Of a stretch of DNA of 64,000 bases, positions 9,134-21,779 are shown one piece after another. The stretch lies in the NCBI GenBank assembly GCA_973895155.1, contig OZ316898.1, positions 20,657,292 to 20,721,291 on the forward strand, read 5' to 3'. The notes beneath the pieces were generated by a model. The model saw nothing but the letters and a program-made list of their open reading frames with translations. It was not told where the DNA came from and did no database searches. How positions within the stretch are numbered: the stretch's first letter is position 1; each line of letters opens with the position of its first letter. This DNA comes from Marsupella aquatica (Eukaryota; Plantae; Marchantiophyta). A program made the position numbers and the translations under genes.

Positions 9134-12100
9134 CCACCCTTAGCTACAGTGTAGCCCCTTCATTTGTGCCCATTCAAACTCATGGAAATGTGAGGCTAGA
9201 TAGTGTGCTCCTTGGTTGTCTTGGTGTTGTTTGGATCTCTTGTCATTGCCATCCATGCCCTCTTCTTAGACCAAAGAGGATGAACGCTCAGAAATTCTTG
9301 CTCATATTAAAACTTGCCGTGGGATTGGTATGTTGATGAGGGTCTTATAGTGGTTGTGTTGATGGAATTATTGTGTGTAGTCAATTAAAAAGATTTTGCT
9401 ATGAACAAAATGAACTTCGTATTTTTGTTTAGCAAACTACCTAATGTACTCAATTTCTATCACCAATGTGCAAGGTTGGCTCTCGAGGAAGTATCCTTGC
9501 ACTTCCTAAACTTCAAACCGGATTATTGTTATTTTTATTTTTATTGGGTTGCATAGGGGAGTAAAGATACTTCGAAGGATGTAAACACTGACTATTCCAT
9601 TCATTGAAAGTTTGGAGTAGAAGTGAGACGACAGGTATCCAAATTTTTATACCTGTGATCTCTTGTACCACAGGTTTTTGTACCTTTGTCACCTTTTAGT
9701 AGATCAATCATATGAAAATAGGTGACATTTTAAAATTTTGCATCCATTTTTCAATATAAATCGTACGGGGAACAAGTGCAAGGGATCGTCAATTGGAGTC
9801 TATCAAATGCAAGTCAGATGGGGGGTCATTTGACAGCCATGGAATGGGAGGGAAGTGGACCCACCATCAGAGGGCAAGGGAGGACCGTGAAACTAGTGGG
9901 TGGACCCATGCTGAAGACGGAAACAACAAAGGTGGTGGGGGTTGGGGGGGGGGGGGGTTGTTGAGGTATGGGTTTGGGCTGGTCAAAGGCAAGGTGAGGG
10001 GAGAGGATGGGATGGTTGTAGAGAGGGAAGAGGGCAGGGATTTCACCAGGGTTCGATTTTGGGGATGTCAGGTTGCCAAAAAAGGCTACCCAGGGGACCT
10101 TAGTAGGTGGGTAAGTGGCACCCTCCATAAAGCAAGTGGCGGAGAATTAAGTTAGCTACAAGTAAGCTCAACTGTAGAAACATGGCGAATTAGTAGACCC
10201 AAGCACATTGGCAAATACCAAGGTTGGGGGAATTAAAGCGTTTTGCCAGGCTATTGACACAGTTTGAAATGGATGCAGTTGGCGACCGTCCTCATTAACA
10301 CCGATTCGTCCACAATCCAGCACAATGTCAACTGGTGGCAACCAGTGCAACAACCAAAGCACATGCGAATGGGGGCACCCTAGGAGAAGTAAGTTGGCGA
10401 TGGCTTCTCTTTACCATAGGCTCCAGGTGGCGAAAGCAAATGAAGCACCCAAGTAGATGTAGGCCATCCATTAGTTTTTCGTGAATAGGACACTGAAAAG
10501 GACAATATTTCCTTTGTATGGGGAAGTGACTAGAATTTGCCAAAAAGAAGAGATACTTTTTGAGCCCTAACAATTGGCCTTACATGCACAACTATATAAA
10601 ATCCTGTAACGAACAATAAACGCCATGCCATGCACAACTTCCCATAACTGCAGCCCAAACCAATGCCATGCAACGCTCTTGGAGCGTCAATGTATTTAAA
10701 CTTAGGGCGGATCTAAACTTAGGACCTTCCATGTGCAAAATAACTGCATTTACCAATAAGCTGATGACAGTAGAACTTTGGGCGGCAAAAACTTGCATGA
10801 ATTGGATGCCACTTGTAAGCTTAGATTTACAAGGGATATAGTAGGCTATGGCCTGCTGATGGGAAATTCAGAAAAGTGACATGATAACCATCTAACTACT
10901 GTAATCTAACTACTACAATAACCCATGCCGCCATCTAAAGGCAAGGTGTGATCAAACTCTTTTGGCGAGAGTCAACTTTGGCCGTGCGATTGAAATGGAT
11001 TTTTCGATATCTCAGATCTTGGAAACAGAGTTTGTGAAAAATGAATGGTTCAGGCTTGCGGCTGAGATGATGGGATTGATGGCAGGCAGATCCTCCTGCC
11101 TGACGCAAGGCCTGATGCACTTTGGATCTGATCTACGACAAGGCAGGCAAGGAGAATGTCCAGAGGAGAGGAGAGGGAGAAAAAGAAAGAAAGAAAAGGT
11201 TTTTAAAGAAACAAGTTGGAGGAATGAAACTTAAAAGGGACAAAACGTTTTAGAAAAGAGGAGGAAAAAGGAAAAAAGGGATGGGGATGGGGAAGCCAAG
11301 TGGACAGGGAGCCTACCCAATTCCTTTTTCCCTCCCGGGCCCATCCTTTGTGGTGGGGAACAAAATAGGGGAGGGGGCGAAGGGGGGGGTGGGGGGAGGA
11401 ATCAGTTGATTGACAATTTTTTGTTTCATTTGAAGCAGCCTCCTATATTCATAGGTCCATGAGGTTTTAACCCTCTAGGCCATTTTTTCTGTCGTCCCTC
11501 AGTTTTCTTTGCCATGCAACTGCACCTGAATCTTTTCACCCATGATCTTGGTATGTGTTGACTATATTCCAGTTTGCATTGTGTTGCTACAATGCAGGGA
11601 CGTGACATTGCTATTTCCTTTTGCAATCTTTATGCCCTCATCTTTCAAAGTCAATTGCATTCCACATTGAGGCTAGAATACAAAGGCAACCAACAGCCAT
11701 CTTTTGCATTGACAACACTTCCACAACCAACATCATTTGCATGGCCAACACTTCCACTCTTTCAATACTTCCCCTCAATGGACACCCCTCGTCTAATTTG
11801 TTTTCATATATCTACAGAAGGTTATGAGGCATTATCCTGCGGGTGAGCCAAGGAACCCCTCTGCCAACCTGGCCTGGGGATTCTCAAATTTGAATGAGAA
11901 TACACAAGTGACAACCAGCAGCAGAAGGAAAATTTGCAGATTTACAATGTAAAAATGGGGTGAATGTTTCAAAAATTCACTTGGGGCTTACATTCGGCAA
12001 CTCATCCCCACTCGGGGATAGTGGGGTCTAAGTGCCTTGGGCTCAGCGCCCTTAGGAATAACATCTCATTACCCCCTCTTGGGGATAGGTCACCCTACGC

Positions 12101-14570
12101 AACACTTCCTCTCAATGATACTTCCCCTCAACAACTTTCTGCATGACAACTTTCCCACTCAACCACATTCATTTGTTTTGTAACAGTAGACACATGGGCT
12201 GCTCAAAATATTATAGATTACTTGCATGTTCTTTATCAGTTGGACTTATGATCCCGTTAGCATTCCTTTGTGGTGTTCTAATTTGCTTTTGTTTTTTGCA
12301 TTAATTACTTGTCACCGTGACAACACTTCCACTTTAACAACAGTTATGTTGGACAACACTTCCATTCAATAAGAGTTATGGTTGACAACACTTTTACTAG
12401 GCTGACATATTTTCTGCTCAGCACATGTTTGGACACACTAAATTCTATTCTTAACATCTTTTTGGCTCATTTTTTTTCCACTCAACAAGAGTGTGCAATG
12501 CACGGGAATTGGGTCCGTAACCTATGTCACATCTCTTCCTACCAGGTGGCCTGTGAATGGGGGTAGGTTTATTATGGCAAGGAGGCAAGGGAGGAACCTC
12601 CAAAGTTTACTCATGAATTTCTCAGATCAAGGTATTACTATGTTCCTACTTTTAGAATCATGAACTACAAATAGAAATCTGAAGAAGATCACGAGGGAAA
12701 ACCATTGTTTCCCTAGCAAAGAGGACCCGCCCCTAAACATAACAAACTAGTGTTAAAAGCTAATTTGCATACTAAAATAAAGTTGATTATTCTGGTAGCT
12801 TGCATTGGGTGTTGCTATTGTCTCTCTTAAGTCTTAAAGAACAATTTATTGCTAGAATTGTCACCCTTAAAAAACAGCTTAACTATGAGTGACAAGTCAA
12901 ACTGAATGTGTCGCTTTATCAATGTTTGAAAATGACAAAGATTTGTTTTCCTTTATTTGCATAGGATAGGCCCACGTGTCCCTAGCAAAAGACAAATTAA
13001 GCTTGAGTGGAAATACAAAATTTGGAACATAATGATCAACAGCCAATGTAGAGACTAAAAAACTGATTGCAATTGGCATATATATATATATAATGCTACC
13101 AAAGGACAAAAACTGCCTGACTGGGAGACAGGATTCCAAAAGTCCAGACCTAATAAAGGAAAATTTCCAAAGAAAAAGAAAAAAAGGGAAATTTCCAAGA
13201 AGACCAAAGAGCCAAAAAGTAGGAGAGTACCAACAAGGGCAAAAGAACAAAGCCATACTAGAGGTTTTTTGTGTTCACGTAGAATCTGGCAACTTGGCAA
13301 CTCTATCAGGCAACTCCACTCGTGAGAATTGAAGCCATTGATGTTCATCTTGTTGCTGGTTGGCCAGCTTGGGACGTGGGAGCTCTCAGACTGCCAATTA
13401 TCCCAACGCAGCTACTGGGCTTGGAGACTTGAGAGCTTGGGACGAGGGGGTGAGACCACCTCAGATATGGGCTGGCATATCAATAGCTTCCAGTTGACCA
13501 AGCCTCCAAAGAGGGGCACTTCTGCCTCCTATAAGACATCTGTAATGAAGGCTTTCGTCTGGGGCCTGCTGTAACAACTTTGAGATCCATTGAGGAAGTG
13601 CCTTCAAAGGGGCTCGTGATGAACCAGCCCGATGTGTTGGTGTCCAAGATACTAAAGACAAATGACCTGATGCACTGGCGAAAGGAATGTTATCCATGGT
13701 AAAATATTATGGTCCATCCAAGCGTCTTAGTAAGAGTAGCGCAAGTTTTAAGAGAACTTGTAAAACCACTTCATAGCACGAGTTCAAGTTGAAATGATGA
13801 AGGCACAGGATTATAGCAATTTACAGAAAGAGTTAGGGGTTAGAAAGATCAAGGCCTCCAACTTGTACAAATTAGAACTAGTCCAATATGATTAAGAAAG
13901 GCAGGAACTCATCAGAAACCAGAGTTGCTCCAATGTGCAGTCTCTTAAAGCACCTACAATGGGTAACATGGGTTCCTGGGAAATTTGTGAGAAGTATCCA
14001 GAAATTTATTTCCTATATATAAAGCAGCTTTCTGGGAAATAAATTCGGGGAAAGCCCCTGGTAAGTTTTACAAAGTGGTATTTGCCCCATACTGTTGAGT
14101 TTGGTGTTTGTGCTCTTTGGACCTTTTTAGTAAATCAGTTATTTTTCAAGTAAGAAAAGTGGCATTGGAATTACTCCATGGTACTTTGTCTGGCGCCCAT
14201 TTTGGTAATTCGGTTCGTTTTTAATCTAAAAACTGGCATTGAAAAAAGTTCAAGGTTTCAGATGAAATTCTTTTCTCAGATTCCTGCCGTCTTGCTTGCC
14301 CCTTGAACGTGGGAACCAGGTAAATGTCCTCTTTCTTGACGAAGTGGGATTTCTGTCGTTAAGGAACTGAACCCTGCTTTGACCATCATTCCACGTAACT
14401 GGTGAATTTAGAGTGCCCGCAGCTGAATCGAAGCATTGCGTTGTGGCACGACATCTCCCCTGGCAACCCAATTGTGATGTGGACGCTAGGATTTCCAATA
14501 GGATCACCATGGAAGCACTTCTCCCGGAATGCTGTGTTGGGCACGAATTCGTTCACCCTGGAGAGGTTCA

Positions 14571-14659
14571 CTAAAAAATCTGCCTGCACCTCCAGTCTTT
14601 GCCTTAATTAAGTTCGCTAAAAAATCTACCTGCACCTCCAGTCTTTGCCTTAATTAAGT
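14571..14659. repeat. Tandem duplication, period 46 bp
   Basis: ctaaaaaatct[g/a]cctgcacctccagtctttgccttaattaagt occurs at 14571 and 14617. Confidence 0.9.
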
Positions 14660-16370
14660 GAGAGATTGGTGGCTCTGGACCAACGAGTGAGAGCTCGAAG
14701 CATGGCTGATCTCTTTCCAACATTTGTAAGATTCGAAATGTTCTGGCCCTGGGATTTAGGAGGTGCAAATTTGTTCGATCCTCAAGGAATTTTCGAAGGC
14801 TTTTTTTTTAATCTATTGATGGTTATCTTCTCTTTGCATCGAAATGATGAAATTGTTTATCACCCGCACGTTGGGATAGGTTACTGTACGTACCATCCTA
14901 AGTGGTCCTTGCTTTTTCCTGAAGTTCCTCTCGACTGACTTTGCCACTATGATGCTCTACTTTTGTCAAACCATCGTCTGTGGTCCTCCTTTTCGACTAC
15001 TCCAGGGACTGTCACTATGACGCCCTGCTTGTTGTCATGTCAACATGCAGTATGACAAGGAGGGGGACAGACCTAACCATTCACACAATATAAATCCAGT
15101 TTCAGGGTTGACTAGCCCGCCAGAACTTGTCCCGAAGCAAAGTGGTGGTGGGGTGTCCATATTGCCAAGCAGTGGTTCGGGACGTGCACATTACCTCCAC
15201 ATTCGGCTAGTATCTGTGAGCTGAAAAAAATTTCATAAGAGTTTCGAACTGCATTTGAACTCATGTCGAAATCAGGTTGTTTGATCTCCAGAAAATGCCT
15301 ACAGTACCTAGGCCAAGACTGAATTATGATCAATCTACACATGCATTTGCTCTGCTGGACCATGCCGAAGCGGGTTTCTATTCTGAGCTCCCCAGGAAAA
15401 GAAACCCTGCGGGATCAAATCCGGTATCAAATTCGTTATCCCGCAATAATCCAGCAAACCCTCAACGTTATCACTTAAACATTAGCAAAGCTGAGCTTGG
15501 ATCCAAAGATCAGCTACAGCTCAGTCGTAGGTTACTAAAATGTTTATCTACTACACTTCATCAGTGGCTTCAGGGTCGGTGAAGCTTCTCTTGCTTCACT
15601 TCCACCGCCACTGTCGTCTGTCTTGCCTATAACATCGCCAGATTCTAACTGGCGAAACGAAAACCATGGTATAATTGGTGCTAGAAGGTCCTGGGAAGGA
15701 GGGAAGTAATTGAGGTGCTTGAGATTTGGCATTTCTGGCTTTTATATCGAAGTAGCAGTTAAGAACCTTGACCTCGACAAAACTATGGATGTCGTTCTCG
15801 GTGAAAGATCACATCAGCAAGTGGAAAGCCAGTCCAAGATAATACACAGTACACGGAGGAATGTATTACGGCACCCGGATCAGAGATAATCGTACGTCTG
15901 AGAGCCTTGCACTACTCACAGCCAGTGAACAACGGCAATGAAACCCACGATAGACCGAGCAAATCAACCAAACGAAAGGTCTCAACGCATTGCACCGGAA
16001 ACACTTCAGAAAGAATGGACATGAAAAGAGACAATGACAATGGAATCCAAATGAAAGTTGGAAACAACCGACACGTCCTTAAGCCCAGACTGTCGTCGAA
16101 TCAGACCAAAAGTGATAAGAAAATGAAACGTGAATGTGAGATGCATTTCCTAAATAGGCAACAGTAACAGCTTTACCCTTAAAAAGTAAAGAGAGCCTCC
16201 AGAAGTCCACATACCCCTGCTCTATAATTGACCCTTTCACAGGAAAGAGATACAGAGAAAAAGGACGCCCAAATCAGAGTCAGACTTGGGTTAGGCATGC
16301 ATCTGAAGTGCTTTACTACTCTGCCCATTGAACCGTGCGACCTAAAACTTTGCTTTCAGATGTAAGTCCA

Positions 16371-17773
16371 CTAAGCCCGGCCAACTCCCCACACGCGGAT
16401 ATGACCATCAGTGTACCCGCTGTAGAGGGTGCTACCATCAGCGCTCCAGCTCAGGCTGATGCAATACGGAACCTGTCGACAAGAAAAGCGGAGGTTATCC
16501 ACAGTAGAGACTGAGGTCGACAACAAGATGTAAGATAACCCTACACTGGGAAGACAAACCCTAAGATGGGTTTCTCGCGTTAGTATTGACCCAGACGGAT
16601 TTATATCAAAGAGAATGTAGATAGCACTACCAAAAACCGTCAATACTCTATCGCAACGTAAGCTTACCTGAGCCTTCTTGCTGACGAACTGGAAGTCGGG
16701 GCGGAGATCATCGACGATGCTCTTGCTTTCCAAATCCCAGATCTTGATGCACTGCTGGGTAGCGGCACACAGCCAGTACCTGAAAGACGACAATCATAGT
16801 AATCTTAGCCTGAGAAGACCGACCAAAACATCCTCGTCCCAAACACGCCCTTGAAATGAAGGGTAAAATATCGAGGCCAAACCACGTCTACAGGTTAAAA
16901 CACATAAAGTCGGTGACGGCATGCCTGACAACAAATGTATTAGGCCACAATTTCCAGAATCTAGTTTAAAAAGGCCGGAAGGGTTAGCAGGGGTTTTTTT
17001 CAACAACACAAGAGAAACTACAGTAGGAAACAAGACCTGTTGGGGCTGAAGCACAATGCGTGGATGATGTCACCGGCGTCCAAGGAGTAGAGCCTCTTTC
17101 CCTCAGCAAGATCCCAAAGCATGGCGACTCCATCCTTACCACCGCTGGCGCACAGAGAACCATCGGGACTAACAGTCACGGTGTTGATGTAGCCAGTGTG
17201 TCCGGCAAGACTCGTACGGATCTTGCAGTTGGTCAAGTTCCAAACCTTCACCACCTTATCCCATCCTCCGGAAACAATCAACGGGTTGGCGGTCACTGGC
17301 GAGAAACGCACGCAACTCACCCATCCGTTGTGCGCATCCAAATCCTGAATGGTGTACTTGCACTCGCCAAGAGTGTTCCACAGCTTGATCGTCTTGTCAC
17401 GAGACCCGGAAACGATCTGCCTATTGTCAAGCGAAAACGCCACGGACAACACATCCTTCGTGTGCCCCACGAACCTCCTGGTTGTCGTTCCAGAGTTCAG
17501 ATCCCACAACCTAAGGGTCCCGTCCCACGACCCAGACAGAGCGAACTGCCCGTCGGAGGAAATCACCACATCCTCCACGAAGTGTGCGTGGCCCGTCAAT
17601 CGTCTCCTGGCATAGCCGTAGCTCCCCTCCTCCCTTGTCAGTGTCCAGACGATGATGCTCTTATCTCTCGACGAGGAGAGGATCAAGTCGGGGTTGTCGA
17701 GCGGGCAGGCGATGGCCGTCACCCACCCTGCGTGCCCCTTCAACACTCCGCGTAGCACGAGAGTCTCCGCCAT
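16371..17773 (-). CDS. RACK1: Receptor for activated C kinase 1 (WD40 40S ribosomal scaffold), 316 aa
   Basis: Exons 17773-17037, 16779-16668 and 16472-16371 have GT-AG introns with consistent phases and total 951 nt. Protein reads [22 protein letters not shown]...[21 protein letters not shown]...[13 protein letters not shown]...[22 protein letters not shown]. Confidence 0.98.
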
Positions 17774-17920
17774 AGCTCCGACGACGACACGATTCTTCGA
17801 TCGAAATCCCTTCGCAAAATCGATCAAAGAGACGAAATACTCACCGTGATGTCCTTTGATCGCTCTGCTCTCTCTGCGGAGATGGACGACAAGTCTCTTC
17901 AACACTTAGCCGGAGAGAGA

Positions 17921-18060
17921 GAGACGCTGTGCCCTAAAATTCACTTCGAGCCGCAGAGAGGGAGACGGTGTGCCCTAACATTCACTTCGACACTATACCC
18001 TAATCTATACGCGCAGAGCGAGAGAAACGTGACTAGTGTGCCCCAATAAGTTTCACTTCA
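17921..18060 (-). promoter_or_regulatory. RACK1 promoter repeats with telo-box-like CCCTAA cores
   Basis: gagacgNtgtgccctaaNattcacttcga at 17921 and 17962, with a degenerate third copy at about 18023-18060. Telo-boxes are known in promoters of plant translation-machinery genes. Confidence 0.55.
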
Positions 18061-18866
18061 ATACATCTGTACTACTGTAGTGCATTACTCTAATCCTAAC
18101 CTGACTACCAGTTCACTGAAATAAATAGGGGAAAATAGAGGTGAGTAAAAAACAAATTCCATATTATTCCCATTCATCCTTGCCTCGTTCTTATTTTCTG
18201 CTTGCACCCTCACATTCACTCATGTTACCAAGGTTGGGAGGATGGGGTGAGGGGTCGCGGTAAGCAGTATTCTTGACCTATATTGGCTCTCCTCATATGT
18301 CTCCGGTCTCTTGCAAAGGTGTGACCCAATCGCCAATCAATATACTTAGGGGTCTATGACGCTTGATTGCAAATGCATAGAAAATTCTCATACATAGTGT
18401 GTGTTGGATGCACATGGTAAGGGATTTTCTAAGAGTTTTTGCAATACAAGAAACCCAGAGAAAGGTTGGAAGCCAATTGGAATAGATATGTCCAAGGACG
18501 GTTCCAAGAGGGGCGCCTAGTTTGGGTGGTACCACAACCAAGTGTCACACCAAGTGCGGGCCCCGTGGCCCCAGAAGCAGGTGTCACACCAAGTGCGGTG
18601 CTTTCGGTACCAAAATCAAGTGTAGCACCAAGTGTGACATTTGACCACGCAATGAGTGGGAACAATTTTGACAGGAAGCATGGGCACCGTGACCCTGACC
18701 AACAACACCAACGGCATTCTCTGCCCCCATTCAAGCGAGAAGTTTATGACCAGTTGTGGTGTTTGTGAAGCAAGAGCTACGCAGCAGAAGTCAACCAAAT
18801 ATATTTGACTTAAGAGATGAAAGGCTACCCAAGTGCAACTTCCAATCATGCACTAACACCTGTGAG

Positions 18867-18907
18867 TTTAGGGTTTTAGGGTTTAGGGGTTTAGGGTTTA
18901 GGGTTTA
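18867..18907 (+). repeat. Interstitial plant telomeric repeat, about 5 copies of TTTAGGG
   Basis: tttagggttttagggtttaggggtttagggtttagggttta. Confidence 0.92.
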
Positions 18908-19449
18908 TCCCACCCCTTGTGTTTGATTAAACCACAACTTCCCCTATAAAAGGGCCCCTGCCCTGCCCGGTTGTTCATTAGTCTCTGCCCGAGTGCCCGG
19001 CCCGAGTGAACAGTCTCTCCCAGGCCAGCCCAGGTATCCATCCCTATCCTTTTGCTTCTCCACTGACGCAGTCGTGTCTGTCGCTGCCCAACTCTCCCCT
19101 TCTCCCCGCCCTCTCGGGGGGGTCACTGTATTCACCGACATTCACCTGACATTTACACAATATTCAGCCCAACAATATTTGTCCTTGTATATTGCCCTCT
19201 CAATGGAAGTTGCCGTTTAAGGTTGACTACTCAATGGTGTCTTTGTTGATGCATGTAGGATTGACCAGCCTCCAGAGTAATTTGCCATTGCCCCACCGCG
19301 CCAACCCATACCCAACAATGCGTCACAAGATTAGGTTGACAAGGACTGGCTCATTGATGGTGCTTTACAAGAGGGGGTTGACTCTATGGCTGCCTCCCCC
19401 CCTTCACCCCCTGCCTTGTAAATCTGTACAATTAAAACAATGAAGTTTC

Positions 19450-19690
19450 CAACCCTTGAGATATTTGCCCCGCCTCAACATTTGTGTTTCACCTTGACAT
19501 CGTTGACTCACCTCAATAGCTTTGCCTTGCCTTGATATCTATGCCTCACCTCAACATCCTTGCCGTCAAAATCTTTTCCTTGCCTCAACGTCATTGCCTC
19601 ACCTTGACATCTTTGCCCCACCTTGACATCTTTGCCCCACCTTGACATCTTTGCCTTGCCTCAACATCTTTGCCTCGCCTCAAAATCTTT
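19450..19690. repeat. Degenerate minisatellite of about 20 bp (CCTTGACATCTTTGCCCCA)
   Basis: Repeated ccttgacatctttgcc / cctcaacatctttgcc motifs. Related motifs occur at about 25560-25670 (reverse) and about 53210-53350. Confidence 0.75.
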
Positions 19691-21166
19691 TGTGCAACAT
19701 GAGGCTATCGGGCTAGATAGTAGATGGGCAATGGGCATAACCATTTGGAGTGGAACTTTGGGGCCGGGTTCCTTGCCAATGTTTCATTTGTGCCGGAGGT
19801 TCTTTGTGTTTGACTACCCAATGGTAAGGAGCCTCAATGCTCAAGCTTTGCATGTAAATAGATGGAGGATTATTGTGTGTGTTTCCAATTACACCCTCAA
19901 TGTACTCTACTTGTGCCCCCAAAGTCACAATCTGGAGGCTTCCCTTGCCTATACCCTTTTGCTAGCTTTTGAATTGCATTTTGTTAGATAGATGCTCGGA
20001 TAGATGGGCCCAACATTTAGGGGTGTGTCCATTGGGGGAATAGTTGCGGTGTATTTTGTGTAACTGTTTGGAATTTTGTCTATATGCTTCATTTGGTGTT
20101 TGACATGTCAATAAGCATAATGGCAAGATGCTTCACTATTTTTAATTGCAAAAATGGCTTGTACTTGTTTCCACTTTTGCAAGTGACCATTGAAACAGTT
20201 TCCAACCCAAACATTATCAGTCTATTTTTCCTAGTATTATGCTTCTACTTAGCCAAAACATGTGTTCATAGCCAATTTCATTGGATAACATCATTTTTGG
20301 GGGCACTTTAGGGAGATTTGGAGATATTCAAAAAATGTGGGGCAAACCTTCATCACGCAAAATTGATATTTGTTATCATTCACTGGTATTTTGTTAGTAG
20401 TTATCCCGCCCAAATCCTTGTGAATGTCAGCTGGGCAGCTGAGATGAACCTAGCTTGCACCTTTGTCCGTCTCAATTGGGTAGTTGAGATGGGGCTAAAT
20501 CTTAGCAAGCCTTGCCAAGATAGGCATAAAGATATATAGACCTCAACCAAAAACCAAAAACATTGATTCATGTCTGTCACATAGGGGCACAGCCCATCTT
20601 GGTTGACTTGACCAAGATGGAGTGTCTATGCATGTACGGTATGGTCACTTATACTTAAAACAAAAATTTACGAACTCCTCAAATTTTAAACTTGAATTTT
20701 TCACTTTAAAAAAAATAAAATTGCCACATATCGGCTGCCTCTTCGAGATAATGTGGCGACAAATATCAGTTGATTAGTAGAATTGGTTGAAAATTGATGA
20801 TGTAGTTTATCTACATTAAATTTTATTAAAAGCATTGTTGTACGATAAATAAATCAACACATCATCCACAACAACTTGAACATGAGTCTTTCTATCAATT
20901 TTTACAAAAAAGATTGTGTATGGCATTGTTCTTGATCAATAGTCTGTAGAAAATTAAGCACTTTGGGAAATGAACCTGTTTTGCATTGCTTGTGACACAT
21001 ATTGATGTTCATTTACAACAAGCTAGCAAGCAAGGAGATGGTTTCTAAACAGAGACAATTCTTTGGGGGATTGACTATAAAAAATCTTAGGAACCACGTG
21101 CGATCCAAAATATGTCCGATCGGATGTCAATGCCTGCTAACTCGATGTCCAAACCGTTGTCTGTAG

Positions 21167-21779
21167 GGCATGGGCAAGACAATCGAGATCCTACAACTAA
21201 TACTGACAAATTGCCAGCCTCGGACAAAGAAATTCCGTGGGACTTTGATAGTTTGCCCCACGAGTATTTTGCAGCAATGGGAAACAAAGATACAGATGCG
21301 GACGATAGAGAAAGCAAAATTGTCTGTGCTGGTTTACCATGGGAAATTGAGGACCAAAGATCTTGCGTCCATACAAAACCATGACGTAGTCCTTACGACA
21401 TATGGGATGGTGACGCAAGAGTTATAGATTACTAGTGACGGTGGTGGATTCGTCTGTCCAAAGGACAAAAATCCACTCTTTGCTTCTCCGCCGTGGTTCC
21501 AAGTAGTCCCGGACAAATGCCATCAAATTCGGAATGCAAAAAGCATTGGTTCCAAAGTGTGCTACACCCTGCAAAGTTGGAACAAATGGTGTGTGAGCAG
21601 CACACCTATGCACAATTCCCACATGGATCTGTATTTCTACTTTAGGTTCCTCAGGTATATACCTCTTAGTCAAAAGGAGGATTTCCAATCGCTGGCTAAA
21701 AAGGCTGACAATGGTGAGAAGCCGGCAAGGAAGTCCATCTCCGAGCACTTGGCCCACATTGCCCTCAGGAGGACAAAAG
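21167..21779 (+). pseudogene. Isolated, inactivated exon of a Rad5/Rad16-like (CHR27/28-type) SNF2 helicase
   Basis: One reading frame gives GMGKTIEIL (motif I), GTLIVCPTSILQQW (Ia), LSVLVYHG..RTKD....DVVLTTY, VVPDKCHQIRN (decayed DEAH), WCVSSTPMHN...DLYFYFRFL (III) and LRRTKG. In-frame TAG at 21425-21427. Bounded by ctgtag|GGC and AAAG|gtatga. No neighbouring exons were found. Confidence 0.88.

Noticed and set aside
14386-14589. Gag-like FHGDPIGNPSVH motif
   Set aside because: A single short motif in a short ORF, with no supporting context.
16473-17036. Intronic snoRNAs in RACK1, as in vertebrates
   Set aside because: No convincing C (RUGAUGA) and D (CUGA) box pair with a terminal stem on the sense strand.
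17774-17905. N-terminal extension of RACK1 given by the ORF track
   Set aside because: It starts at a non-ATG codon, and homology begins at MAETLVL (17773).
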